Assembly: GCF_006345805.1 (NCBI RefSeq)
Contig: NC_043005.1
Span: forward strand, 35,526,001-35,590,000
Length of the DNA stretch: 64,000 nucleotides
Direction of reading: 5' to 3'
Source: Octopus sinensis
Taxonomy: Eukaryota
Shown: one piece after another, positions 1 through 11,584 of the stretch
Layout of the letters: every line of letters starts with the position of its first letter
How positions within the stretch are numbered: the first letter of the stretch is position 1
Made by a program: the position numbers and the translations under genes
The notes under the pieces: generated by a model
Database searches by the model: none
The model's input: only the letters and a program-made list of their open reading frames with translations
What the model was told of the DNA's origin: nothing

Positions 1-164
1 TGTGAGACAATAGAAAGGTCGAGGAGACACCATTGTCGCGTTGTGTCTTTAGGGCATCAGTTGATCTTAATCCGACCCTGATTATCTATACTTAATGTTT
101 GAATGCTTATATTTAATGTTTGTGTGTGTTTGTATGTGTGTATGTGTCTCTGTGCGTGTGTGTA

Positions 165-370
165 CGAGGTGGTATTAAAAAGTTCCCGGACTAGGTATCC
201 ATAATAAAGAACAACGTATTTACCTAAATTTTAACATTTTCTTTGAAGCAGTCACCTTGCGCAGCACTACACCAGTCCCAGCATTCCTGCCACTTTTGGA
301 ATCCGGTTGGGAAGTCGTTTTCCGTAAGCGAGTTGAAGACCTTCTGCGATTCACTCTTGATCTCAACAAA
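165..370 (-). mobile_element. mariner transposon 3' end remnant with TIR
   Basis: TA followed by TIR-like CGAGGTGGTATTAAAAAGTTCCCGGACT at 165. The minus strand translates VEIKSESQKVFNSLTENDFPTGFQKWQECWDWCSAAQGDCFK, which resembles the mariner transposase C-terminus (W..RW..C....G.YFE). Confidence 0.75.
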
Positions 371-376
371 TATATA

Positions 377-808
377 TCTTTCTATTCACTTGTTTCAACC
401 ATTAGATTGCGGCCATGCTGGGGTACCACCTTGAAGAATTTTAGGAAAACGAATCGACCCTGGTATTTATTTTTTTAAAAGTCAAGTACTTATGAATATC
501 TTTTGCCGAACCGCTAAGTTACGGGGACGTAAACACACCAGCATTGGTTGTCCAGCAGTGTTGGGGACAAGCACAGATACACACACGCACGCAACCCCCC
601 TACACAAACTCACACACACACACAGAGATCCACTTACACAAACACGTGCACACACATATACGACTGGTTTCTTTCAGTTTCCGTCTATAAAATCCACATG
701 AAAAAGCTTTGGTTGATCCGGGGCTATAGTAGAAGATACTCGCTTAAGGTGGGACTTGATCCATAACTAAGTGGTTGAGAAGCAAACTTCTTGCCACACG
801 GCTACGCC
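377..808 (-). mobile_element. tRNA-derived SINE, family A (degenerate copy)
   Basis: Reverse-complement match to the family A copies at 48696 and 44207: head, internal (CA)n tract and GCGGCCATGCTGGGG tail. Confidence 0.8.
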
Positions 809-1791
809 ATTCGTGTAAAGTCATAATCAAGACGTTCATGTGCATTTGAACTTGAGAAGATCGCTGCTGAGCTAGTCCCGGCAGAACATTGTTCTTTCAG
901 ACATGTGTGACGGGCTGTAAGTGACATCACAGGATCGTAGGGCGCATGTGATTTCGTGTAGTTTCAGTTTTTCCAGCCTATAGATAAACGGCTTCTAATT
1001 TGGGCAGGAGGCCAGTAATTTTGAGGAGAATGTGATTGCCGTATCGTCAATCTAAACAGTTGACTATTACGTTATTTTACCGTCCTCAAAGTATGAATCA
1101 GGTCCCAGACCCAACTCTAACCACAAATTTCTGGATTCACTCCTGTATTACGATACTCCAGTTCAACTATTCACTGTTCGGTCCAGCAGTAATTTTTATC
1201 TTAATGCGTTTCGTTAGGAAGGTTCTCGAACAATAGCGCCTCAGTTCATGCAAGTGGACAGGGCTACAGCTGGTGCAGTATTTTAAGATTTTGTTAGTAT
1301 TGGATATACATTTATACTGTACTTTTTTTTTGTCCCAGACAAAGGAATAACTAAACTCCACAAAAGGAAAATTATTGTGAGAAATACGGAATAACAGTTA
1401 AACTTTGAAAAAATACTTCATCAACATGACATCTGAAATAGAACAAAATAAAAATAAAATAAAGATTACAGTAAAATCTTCACAATAAAAAACATTTCAA
1501 TCATAAAATCTTTAAAATATTTTGCTTATTGCGACCATTTATAGAAGTACCACTCAGATATGACATTCCGAATAGAACGAAATAAAAACAGAACAGAGAT
1601 TAAAATCTGCACAGCTGAAATATTTCAAATAAGAAAATATATTTTAATCTTCAGATCTTGAAACTATTTACATTATTACCATTTGTAAAAATTTCACACG
1701 GACATGACAAAACAAACGTTGCAATTAAATTACAATGGGAAAACATTAAAAAGTATGCAAATATTAAACATACAAGTATAAGGAAAATATT

Positions 1792-3720
1792 TAACTCTTC
1801 AAATCCTGAAAACTGACTGCAGTCATCCATAGCCCCAGAACCAGAAAAATCATCAGGGTCATCAATACTGTTCGAAGTATCCCAATCTTCAAACAGAATG
1901 TCATCTTCTGTGCCATCTAATGCATTACTGATACCACATTTTTAAAAAGGTTTTACTACTATTTCAGTTTTCACAGCGTTCCATGATCTCAAGACCCACT
2001 CGCACACTCGCACACCTGAGCAATTGTTAGCCTTTTCAAACGACCTATTGGTGTTAGGTCATGGTCCTTGGCTCTCGTCCCCTGATACCACTCGTCTTTC
2101 ATAACTGCCTTAAAAAGCTTGTTGATTGATACGTCCAGTGGTTGTAATTGGCTTGTTAAATCACCAAGGATCACTGCTACTTTCGATTTCATTTTCTGCA
2201 CCCTTTCTTTAATAACCATTGTTTTGTGGGCACGAAACTGGTCCCACACAAGAAGGGATGGTTTTTTTAAGGAGGCCACCAGAACGCCTTGTAGAGATCT
2301 TATCTAGCCATAGCTTCATTCCCTCCTCGTCTATCCACTCCTTTAGGTGGAGGTGAATAAAAGTTCAACGTGGAATTTTCTCTTTTGGTAAAGTTTTTCT
2401 TTTGAAAATAAGCAGCGGTGGCAGTTTTGTTCCATCAGTACAACACGATAGTACCGCACTATAATGGGTTTTCTCATGTCCAGATGTCTTTACACTTACG
2501 GTTTTGGACACTTTAACATCCACTGTTCTAGTTGATACCACATCACACGTTAGTGACACCCCATCCATGTTTCCAATCTGATCCAGTTCGTAGTCAGTCT
2601 CTTTTCTTGCACTGATTATGAACCTGTGAAATTAGATTATTTTGTTATCATAATCTCCAGGCATATTTTGTGCCATTCTTGGTTCTATTCTCATTGCTAG
2701 TCCGTGCCTCTTCATAAATCTGTAACACCAGCTTGATGTGCCACGAAAATCATCCAGACCTCGTGCTGCTGCCCTCACTTTTGATTCATTAATAATAATT
2801 TTTATTGATACTGCAAGACCCGAATTTCCCTCTGCAACTATCCACTCCATCTCTTGCTCCAGTTCTGACCACATAGCTGCAGTCTGATGCACGTTACGTT
2901 TAAGTCTTGAAGTAGGCTTCTACAAGTCCTCTTGTTTCTTACAGTAGCGGATCATTTTTGTAGTTGGCGGTGCTCCAAAATGCCACCCTGCAGCCCTGTT
3001 GTCATATTGTTTGGCATATTTAATCACTTGTAGCTTGTAGACAATTGTGTAAGAGTATCTTCTGCTTGAGATTACCATAATAAGGTTTGTGCTAAAATTT
3101 TTAAAGCTTCTGAAGTTGCGGATCACTCCTAACGTCAGCAGGTCCAGGTTTGAACTGGTTTAAGTCCATGGCTTTCAGAGATCAAGGAGGAAGCTATGTT
3201 GCTGTCTGAACACAACGCATTTCATCACAGAGAGTAAGTGATGACTGAACGCAACATGTTTCATGTCAGAAAGTGAATAAGTGATTACGATAGTATTGTT
3301 ATTAATATTTGCTTATAAATTCTTTTAACATACCACAGTTTTACTTCTTTCCTTATTTAATAATGTTCCCTTAAAGTCAGGTTGTTTGAAGAGAGTAAAA
3401 AATACCAGCAATATAGACACACAGGTAAAAACATCACCCGTCAGTTGCCTCGTCTAACATTACCTATATGGGAATGAATTCTTGTGATTTCAAAATGTTT
3501 TATGATATTATACTTTGGTTTATTCACTACTATAACAAAGTATAACTTATACACTTCACTGAGCCGTCATATATAGGGGTTCAGATTACTGTCTAGCATA
3601 GATGATTTTTCTCTGGGGATATGCCTATGAAAACTGAAACCTTCGGCCTCCAGGACGCATGGTAGATTTTCGAGATTAATTTTTGGAAAAAAGGAGCGTC
3701 TTCAACGCTGGGAAATACGG
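1792..3720 (-). mobile_element. pogo-superfamily (POGK/Passer-like) DNA transposon, decayed transposase with 5' TIR
   Basis: Frameshifted pieces from the ATG at 3078: Brinker-type DBD (SRRYSYTIVYKLQVIKYAK), CENP-B HTH (FRGTSSWCYRFMKRHGL) and DDE_1 (KTSGHEKTHYSAVLSCCTDGTKLPPLLIFKRK; LTSQLQPLDVSINKLFK; KCGISNALDGTEDD). A TIR-like CCGTATTTCCCAGCGTTGAAGACGCTCC lies at 3692-3720 on the minus strand. I did not find the other TIR. Confidence 0.9.
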
Positions 3721-3765
3721 TTTATATTTGTATGCATGTCTTTGAGCATGTGAGCATATGTACGC

Positions 3766-3768
<3 letters not shown>

Positions 3769-3798
<30 letters not shown>

Positions 3799-3905
3799 TG
3801 TATGTATGTATGTATGTATGTATGTATGTATGCATGCATGCATGCATGTATGTATGTATATAAGTATTATGTATGTATGTGCATATGTACGTATGTACGT
3901 ATGTG
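3769..3905. repeat. (TATG)n microsatellite
   Basis: Direct reading. Confidence 0.95.
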
Positions 3906-3939
3906 TGTGTGGCTTAATGTGTTGCACCAATGATCGCAA

Positions 3940-4090
3940 GGGTGTGGTTTTGATTCCTGCATCGGGCAATTCGTTGTGTTCTTGATCAAAGCACTTCATT
4001 TCACGTTGCTCCACTCCACTCAGCTGGCAAGAATAGGCAATCCTGCCTTTTGCCACAGAATTCGGGAAACGGTCCTTATGTGTTTGTTGC
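3940..4090 (+). mobile_element. SINE fragment with conserved central domain (GTGTTCTTGATCAAAGCACTTCATTTCACGTTGCTCCA)
   Basis: Similar to the head and central region of the minus-strand SINE at 47115-47256. Confidence 0.55.
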
Positions 4091-4339
4091 TCGGGAAGGA
4101 GCATAGATCCATTTTTTCCATTTTTTTAAATTCCCAGACACATACATATAAATATAGTTGTCCTTAGTTTTCTACCTTCGCAGTGCAGCACTTCTACGTG
4201 GTGTCTTATAATGCTAGAAATAACACCCAGACCACCTTCAAATCACTCCTTAGTGTCTTTAAAAAGGATCATAAGTTTGCTCGATCAAGATGACCTTGGA
4301 CTAAACAACATCTGAACATAAATATATACAGATAGACCT

Positions 4340-4720
4340 CATCCTCCTCCTCTTCCTTCTCCTCCCCCTCTTCATCCTACTCCTCCTACTCCTCCCCGAG
4401 CCTCCTCGTCCTCCATCTCCACCTCCATCTCCTCCTCCATCTCCTCCTCCTCTCTCGTCTCATCCTTCTCCTTCCCCGTTCTCCACCTCCCCGTCTTCCT
4501 CTCTCACCTCCTCCATCTCCTCCCCTTCATCTCTTCCTTCCTCCCTTCCGCTCCTCTTCCCTCCCTCCCTCCCTCCCTCCCTCTCCTCCTCCTTCTTCTC
4601 CTCCTTCTCCCTCCTCCCTCCCTCCCCTCTGTCCCCATCATCATCATCATCTTCAATACCACCACCACCACCATAATCATAGTTATCACTGCCATCTTCA
4701 TCATCACTACCATAATCAAC
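4340..4720. repeat. low-complexity CT-rich and (CAT)/(CAC) triplet repeats
   Basis: Direct reading. This explains the acidic/Gly ORFs in the track. Confidence 0.9.
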
Positions 4721-5142
4721 AAACGAAGAAACACCTATAACTGACAAAGAAGACATCAACAGAGGGCATCCATATGTGCCGCTCGATCTGCTAGAAAAAG
4801 AAGTCGAGACTCCCTTAAATTACATTCCACCGTCTTATAGAGGAAGACCACAATGGGCAGTGTAGCTAGATATACAAACAGACGGAGTAGTCATGACTGG
4901 AAACCCCTTCATCAGTGATCATCTTGTTCAGGAATGACCTGGGGCTCAACAACTACAACAATACGATAATAAATGCATAAAAGGGGTGCCCTCCCCATGA
5001 TAGTGTACCTTTGTACACAATACAATTGAACAATCGAAAATGTAGGTTAAACAAACAATACAGAACGGAAGTATAATTGTCCCACTTAGACCAAATGCCT
5101 TATTGTTGTTCACAGAAATCAAAGAATAGGAAGCAGAGAGAT

Positions 5143-5179
<37 letters not shown>

Positions 5180-5436
5180 AGAGAAAGAGAGAAAGAGAAT
5201 GAATGAAAGAGAGAACATGTGATGGACGTATATAAAATAAAATTGAGCTAAGGGAAATAACTCAAATATATCAATGACATAGATTGAGGCAAATCATTTA
5301 TGAGTAGCAACAAAAAAAAAATGAGATTTTTGTCTTTGGTTGGGACAAAGACAGCAAAATTCATTAAGTGTTCATAGTGAAAATGGTGAAAACATTTCAA
5401 TTAGGCAAGAATTTATAGACGTAAGCGAGTTTATAG

Positions 5437-5668
5437 GCGTAGGCGTGGCTGTGTCGTAAAAAGTTTGCTTCCCAACCACATGGCTCCGGGTTCAGTCCCA
5501 CTGCGTGGCACCTTGGGTAAGTGTCTTCTGCTATAACTTCGAACTGACCAAAGCCCTGTGAATGTATTTGGTAGAAACAGAAAGAAGCTCGTCGAATATA
5601 TATATATATATTATATATATATATATATATATAATATATATATATATATTTGAGTATATAAGAGTAAA

Positions 5669-5705
<37 letters not shown>

Positions 5706-5721
5706 AGTATATAAGAGTAAA

Positions 5722-5772
<51 letters not shown>

Positions 5773-5960
5773 AACGTGTATATGTCTTGTCCCTCACCGC
5801 TGCCTGACAACCGGTGTTGGTGTGTTTATGTCCCTGTCACTTAGCAGTTCAACAAAAGTGACTGAGAGAATAATAAGTACTGTGGTTGATTCTATCGATT
5901 AAAATTCTTCAAGGCGGTGCCCCAGCATGGCCGCTGTCTAATTACTGAAACAGGAAAAAG
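5437..5960 (+). mobile_element. SINE family A with expanded internal (TA)n
   Basis: Head GGCTGTGTCGTAAAAAGTTTGCTTCCCAACCACATGGCTCCGGGTTCAGTCCCACTGCGTGGCAC and tail AAGGCGGTGCCCCAGCATGGCCGC. Confidence 0.9.
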
Positions 5961-6532
5961 ATTATCATGTTTAATTTGATACATATTTGCTGAGATGGTG
6001 ACAACAAAAGATATGTTTTGGCATCTCTGAATCTCGTTATCGAAACATAGACAACGTAAACTCCCCCATTTAATAAAGACAAGCTTTCTTGCATATAGAA
6101 AATGGGCTGTGAATAAGTTTTCGCGAGAGATTAATTCTATATCGAATATATGAACCCATCAAATACATATGAAACATGTGTGTGAATTATTCTGTGTTGG
6201 CACTTCAACTTCTTGATGGTATATCAGGGGCATCGCTTTACATGTGGGGTTCCTTAGGTGTGCTTTTAAAGATGACTGTTAAGTTTATGCTTTCTTTCTT
6301 TGGCCTAATTCTGAATTTATAATAAACAAAACATACAATGAATTGACATAATATAGACCTGAAGTAGTTCTGGAATGGAGATGGCAATGATGAGGTCGCG
6401 AATAGTGACGGAAGGACTTGGACAAACCTAGCTAACTGAACGATTGATCGAACAATTAAGCAAACTATCGATTAGTTAATTGGTTAAATGGTTAACTAAT
6501 TAACAAATAAAAGATAAATAAGTTTTAAAAAG

Positions 6533-6572
<40 letters not shown>

Positions 6573-6789
6573 ATAATATTGGCATAATGATCCTCTCGAG
6601 AGACAGCAAAATATGTTACTGATATCAACCAACCCAAGGACAAAAGACATGCGTAGACGATGGGAGTTGAATATCTACAAGAAATTTGTGATTAGTGAGT
6701 TTAGTTACATAGGACCAGCATTCTACCATTGTCCCAAATTGATCTCAATGAATATTTCAACTTTCGCCCAGACATTATTTTTTTCTTTC

Positions 6790-7010
6790 TAAGGCGGCGA
6801 GCTGACAGAAACGTTAGCACGCCGGGCGAAATGCTTACCAGTATTTTGTCTGTCTTTAGGTTCTGAGTTCAAATTCCGTCGAGGTCAACTTTGCTTTCCA
6901 TCTTTCTGGGGTAGATAAATTAAGTACCTGTTGCGTACTGGGGTCGGTCTAATCGACTGGTCTCCTCTCCTAAAATTTCGGGCCTTGTGCCTAGAGTACA
7001 AAAGATTATT
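6790..7010 (+). mobile_element. SINE family B
   Basis: AAGGCGGCGAGCTGACAGAAACGTTAGCACGCCGGGCGAAATGCTTA head, shared with more than 10 copies in the window. Confidence 0.9.
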
Positions 7011-7177
7011 TCTTCTTTCTCTATGTCTGTTATACAAAGTTCATTGCTTGTTTCCTCTCGCCGCCCCATCTCTGTATATTTCTTCCTCCGCCACTATTCC
7101 TGCCCAACTATTTTCTTTATCTTATCGTCTTTCATTATTTTCTACATCATACCTTCTTTATTTTGTCCGTTCTTTTT

Positions 7178-7270
7178 GTATGTATGTATGTATGTATGTA
7201 TGTATGTATGTATGTATGTATGTATGTATGTATGTATGTATGTATGTATGTATGTATGTATGTATGTATG

Positions 7271-7301
<31 letters not shown>

Positions 7302-7312
7302 GTATGTATGTA
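7178..7312. repeat. (TATG)n microsatellite
   Basis: Direct reading. Confidence 0.95.
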
Positions 7313-7879
7313 TATGCCTCTCTCTGTATATATATTCTCCCCCAGATCGTTTTAATAAATTCCTCAATAATAAATTTTTGTAAGTTCGTCTATTTTTATT
7401 CGATAAATAAAAGTGAGTGCCAACATTTTATTTCTTTTGATGAGATAATTTCGAAATTAAGGCAACTTTCCAAAAGTAAACATTTTCAACTCGTTTCGAC
7501 ATCAATTTATTCCCTTTAATTTGGCAACAGTTAAATTTCTAGTCTTTTCTTTGGCTTTTTATTCCTCAATTCAACACTAGACCCCAAACAACAATCTTCT
7601 TCCAATCATCAGCAGAAGATCGATGCGAGAAATGTTGCAAGCAGCAAACCTACCTATTGACAAATGTAGACAGAATCTTTTTCCTTAGGATTATATTTAA
7701 GCATCTCACTGTCAAAGCCGTGCACTAGCCTGGTGATAGTTTACTAACTGAAATAAATAAAAGGGTAAAGGTAAAAAAAATTTCAAACATTTTAATTTGT
7801 CCCCATTGTTTTATATATATAAATTTTCTTAAACACTGCTTTTTTTAATATTAAACACATAACATAGGTTTCAGATTTT

Positions 7880-8130
7880 GACACAAAGCCAGCAGTTTCT
7901 TGGGAGGAGTTACAGCTATTACATCGACTCCAGTGTTCAACTGGTACTGATTTTATCGACCCGTAAAGAATGAAAAGTAAAGTCAACCTCGGCGGAATTT
8001 GAACTCAGAGCGTGAAGACGGACGAAGTGACGCTAAGCATGTTGGCCAGTGTACTAACAATTCTACCTGCTTTCCACCTTGCTAAGCATGTTGCCCAGCG
8101 TACTAACAATTCTACTTGCCATCCGCCTTA
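7880..8130 (-). mobile_element. SINE family B, with duplicated 5' segment
   Basis: Reverse complement of family B. GCTAAGCATGTTG..CAG.GTACTAACAATTCTAC occurs twice at about 8032-8128. Confidence 0.8.
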
Positions 8131-8279
8131 ATAAAACCGGTTATATTTTATCATAGTAAAGTGTTGTACAGAAAAACGACGTTCTTCCCTACACACATCA
8201 TCATTGGCAACCAAGTCTCGCTCAAACCATACTCTGCCATATAGATATTCGAAGGACACATTGGGTAATATAGTTTTAG

Positions 8280-8332
8280 ATATACCAAAGCTGCGATGGT
8301 CACTGCTTTGATCATGCATCAGCACAAAGAAG
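8280..8332 (+). CDS. candidate short exon of an unidentified host gene
   Basis: TTTTAG acceptor and AG|GTGAGT donor. The 53 nt are open in two frames (IYQSCDGHCFDHASAQR or YTKAAMVTALIMHQHKE). No homology recognised. Confidence 0.25.
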
Positions 8333-8499
8333 GTGAGTGTTAGTTCACCAACAAGAAAAACTAATTGTCGTGTTAAGCATAATGTCTGTTTTGGACTTAA
8401 CGCATCTTAACTGTCACATTTAAAGATGTTTCTATTACTAACGAGACTGCATCTGCTATATTCCCTTCACTAAATACAGCCAGCACCCAGCTTGACTGA

Positions 8500-8502
8500 C
8501 TG

Positions 8503-8539
<37 letters not shown>

Positions 8540-8623
8540 TACTACTACTACTACTACTATACTACTACTACTACTACTACTACTAATAATAATAATAATA
8601 ATAATAATAACAACAATAATAAC

Positions 8624-8673
<50 letters not shown>

Positions 8674-8895
8674 CAACAATAATCATAAATAATAACCATA
8701 ATCATAAATAATATTAATAATAATAGTATTAACTGTAATGATATTAGTAATAGATATAGTAATAATAATATTGGTAGTGGTGGTGGTGGTGGTGGTGGTG
8801 GTGGTGATGGTGCTGCTGCTGCCGCCGCTGATGTCGATGATCAGATAACAAAAATAACAACAACAACAACAACAACAACAATAACAAATAACAAG
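8500..8895. repeat. compound triplet microsatellite (CTA)n/(TAA)n/(GGT)n/(CAA)n
   Basis: Direct reading. Confidence 0.95.
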
Positions 8896-8966
8896 CAAAA
8901 CTGGTATACGAAAAATGAAAATGCTGCTTAAATGCTTATGAAACCCTTTGACAGTTTATTCTATAG

Positions 8967-8997
8967 ACTTAACGGCGTTGACATTCCGTCACCAGAG
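8967..8997 (+). CDS. candidate micro-exon
   Basis: TTTATTCTATAG acceptor and GAG|GTATCA donor. Joining it to 8280-8332 keeps both frames open (..QRRLNGVDIPSPE or ..HKEDLTALTFRHQ). Confidence 0.2.
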
Positions 8998-9427
8998 GTA
9001 TCATGTTTCTTCTGAACAGCCGTCTGTGTATCTTTTGCGAGCAATCTTTATCCAGCGTGCGATCTTGTTTTTATTATAAATAACACGAGCTAACGAGGAG
9101 AAGGATGAACTGCTTGTGGTCGTTTGGCTTGCGAGAAATAGTTGTTAAGTGTGCTCTCAAATCACATCCCAGCCATCTTAGAAACAGAAAAATGTAAGCA
9201 CGTATTAGTAGATAATGTAAAGCAAGATATTTCATAACAAGATGGAATGGTCCAGAGAGGAATGTCTTTTTGGCCATATGGCTATTCAAGGAAGACTGGA
9301 GTGGGGATAAGCAACAAAATTATATAAGCATTATTCGCAACATATTTGGTGCTGCGTGTGTATGTAGAAGAGATAGAACAAGAGAAAGAGAGAGTGGTTG
9401 AAGCAAACATGTTCATGTAGTCGACAA

Positions 9428-9467
<40 letters not shown>

Positions 9468-9540
9468 GTGTGTGTGTGTGTGTGTGTGTGCGTGTCTCTG
9501 TGTGTGTACATGTTTGTATGTATATATTCGAATTTTATAA

Positions 9541-10262
9541 ATTGGCAATGAAATGCAGGCGGCTGACCGGATGGATTCTTAGAACTTTTAGAACAAGAAA
9601 CCAGGAAACCATGATGGTCCTCTGGAGGACACTTGTCCTAAGCCACTTTGGCTATTGCTCTCAGCTATGGTCACCAACCTGAGTCAAATTAATCTCAGAA
9701 CTTGAGGCAATCAAACGACGCTACGCGAAGAAGATAGCCTCTGCGCAGCATATAAGCTATTGGGAAAGACTCAAAAGAGTAAGACTCTATTCCTTAGAGC
9801 GTAGGCGAGAAAGATATGTCATAATATACATCTGGAAGATCCTGGAAGGACTTGTACCAAACTTTAGCATCGAGAGTTACACAAATAGTAGAACTGGGCG
9901 CCACTGCATAGTGCCAAGGACTCCAAATTTGCCATCAAGATGTAGGACAAGATACTGCAATAGCCTGGGCTTCAGAGGACCATAGCTATTCAATATCCTC
10001 CCGAAGGACCTGGAAGACCAGCATGAGGTGGATGTAGGTGTCTTCAAAATAAAGCTGGACCTCTTCTTGTCAGGTGTCCAGATGAACCAACTTCGCAGCA
10101 GGAGGTACAGATGAGGGCAGCTGCATCAAACTCTCCCATGCACCAAATGTCAATAGCTAAAAAGTATTCGTGAAGTAAAATTATGTAGCAACAACAAATG
10201 GCGGTGCCCCAGCATGGCCACAGCTCGTGAGCTAAAACTAGATAAATAAAAAAAAAAAAAAA
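9541..10262 (+). mobile_element. CR1/L2-group LINE, 5'-truncated 3' end
   Basis: Translates [66 protein letters not shown], a typical post-RT region. It ends in an A-rich tail. Confidence 0.9.
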
Positions 10263-10297
10263 TTTATTCCTTTGTTTTCCATATATGTATGTTTTCC

Positions 10298-10330
<33 letters not shown>

Positions 10331-10384
10331 ATATGCTTTCCACACACACATATATATATATACATATACATATATGTGTGTGTG

Positions 10385-10458
<74 letters not shown>

Positions 10459-10509
10459 ACGTATATATATATATAATATATATATATATACGTATAAATT
10501 ATAAATATA

Positions 10510-10572
<63 letters not shown>

Positions 10573-10753
10573 TTGAAAACCCCACTGGTATGGGAGAAAG
10601 CGCTAATATATGATCTAAGTTATATGATGTATAAAAACATGTAATATACAAATAGATATCTGTAAATATAAAACCAGCCGAATTTCTGAGTACCTCATTT
10701 CCTCTAATATAAAATACCTGTATATCATCTCCAAACCTTCCAATATATATACG

Positions 10754-10834
<81 letters not shown>

Positions 10835-10836
<2 letters not shown>

Positions 10837-11086
10837 CGGAGATATACTTGCATAACAAGTGATTTGATCTGAGATCGTGTGCTGAAACGAAAACAATTGC
10901 AGCGTGGAAGGTGTTTGTAAGCCATTTAAGAAACACACAAAAGCCGTTCGATTCACTTCAACATTTAAGTTTAATTGGTCAAAATATTTTCGTTGCTTTA
11001 AGACCGCGACCTGTTCACTGACAAAAATCCGTGCTGCATCTATGTGTTTCTTAAATGGCTTACAAACACCTTCCACGCTGCAATTG

Positions 11087-11088
<2 letters not shown>
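10835..11088 (-). mobile_element. short Penelope-type terminal-repeat element in (TA)n, with inverted 46-bp arm
   Basis: Homologous to 25845-26105. Perfect 46-bp inverted repeat at 10892-10937 and 11043-11088. Contains a hammerhead-like fold. The Penelope assignment is inferred from the architecture. Confidence 0.6.
10975..11025 (-). ncRNA. putative minimal type I hammerhead ribozyme, G3:C8 core variant
   Basis: Minus strand reads TTTGTCA-GTGAACA-G-GTCGC-GGTCTTAAA-GCAAC-GAA-AATATT-T-TGACCAA: stem I, core, stem II, GAAA, palindromic helix III AATATT, UH, stem I. There is one mismatch each in stems I and II, and both are paired in the second copy (GCGAC, TGACAAA). Confidence 0.65.
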
Positions 11089-11142
<54 letters not shown>

Positions 11143-11182
11143 GTATATCTATATCTATTTATCTATCTATCTGTATATATAT

Positions 11183-11217
<35 letters not shown>

Positions 11218-11584
11218 CTTGGGCAAGTGTCTTCTGCTATAGCCCCGGGCCGACCAATGCCTTGTGAGTGGATTTGGTAGACGGAAACTGAAAGAAGCCT
11301 GTCGTATATATGTATATATATATATGTATGTGTGTGTGTGTTTGTGGGTCTGTGTTTGTCCTCCTAGCATTGCTTGACAACCGATGCTGGTGTGTTTACG
11401 TCCCCGTCACTTAGCAGTTCGGCAAAAGAGACCGATAGAATAAGTACTGGGCTTACAAAGAATAAGTCTTATTCTTTGTACTGGGCTTACAAAGAATAAG
11501 TCACGGGGTCAATTTGCTCGACTAAAGGTGGTGCTCCAGCATGGCCGCAGTCAAATGACTGAAACAAGTAAAAGAGTAAAAGAG
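11218..11584 (+). mobile_element. SINE family A, 5'-truncated
   Basis: Body and tail match the 48696 copy. Confidence 0.9.

Noticed and set aside
901-916. 16-nt micro-exon between TTCTTTCAG and GTAAGT (a similar 17-nt candidate lies near 44844-44860)
   Set aside because: It is too short to evaluate, and such site pairs arise by chance in AT-rich DNA.
8128-8325. Minus-strand 65-aa ORF (..YGRVWFERDLVANDD..)
   Set aside because: No recognisable family or splice sites, and it overlaps a + strand donor signal.
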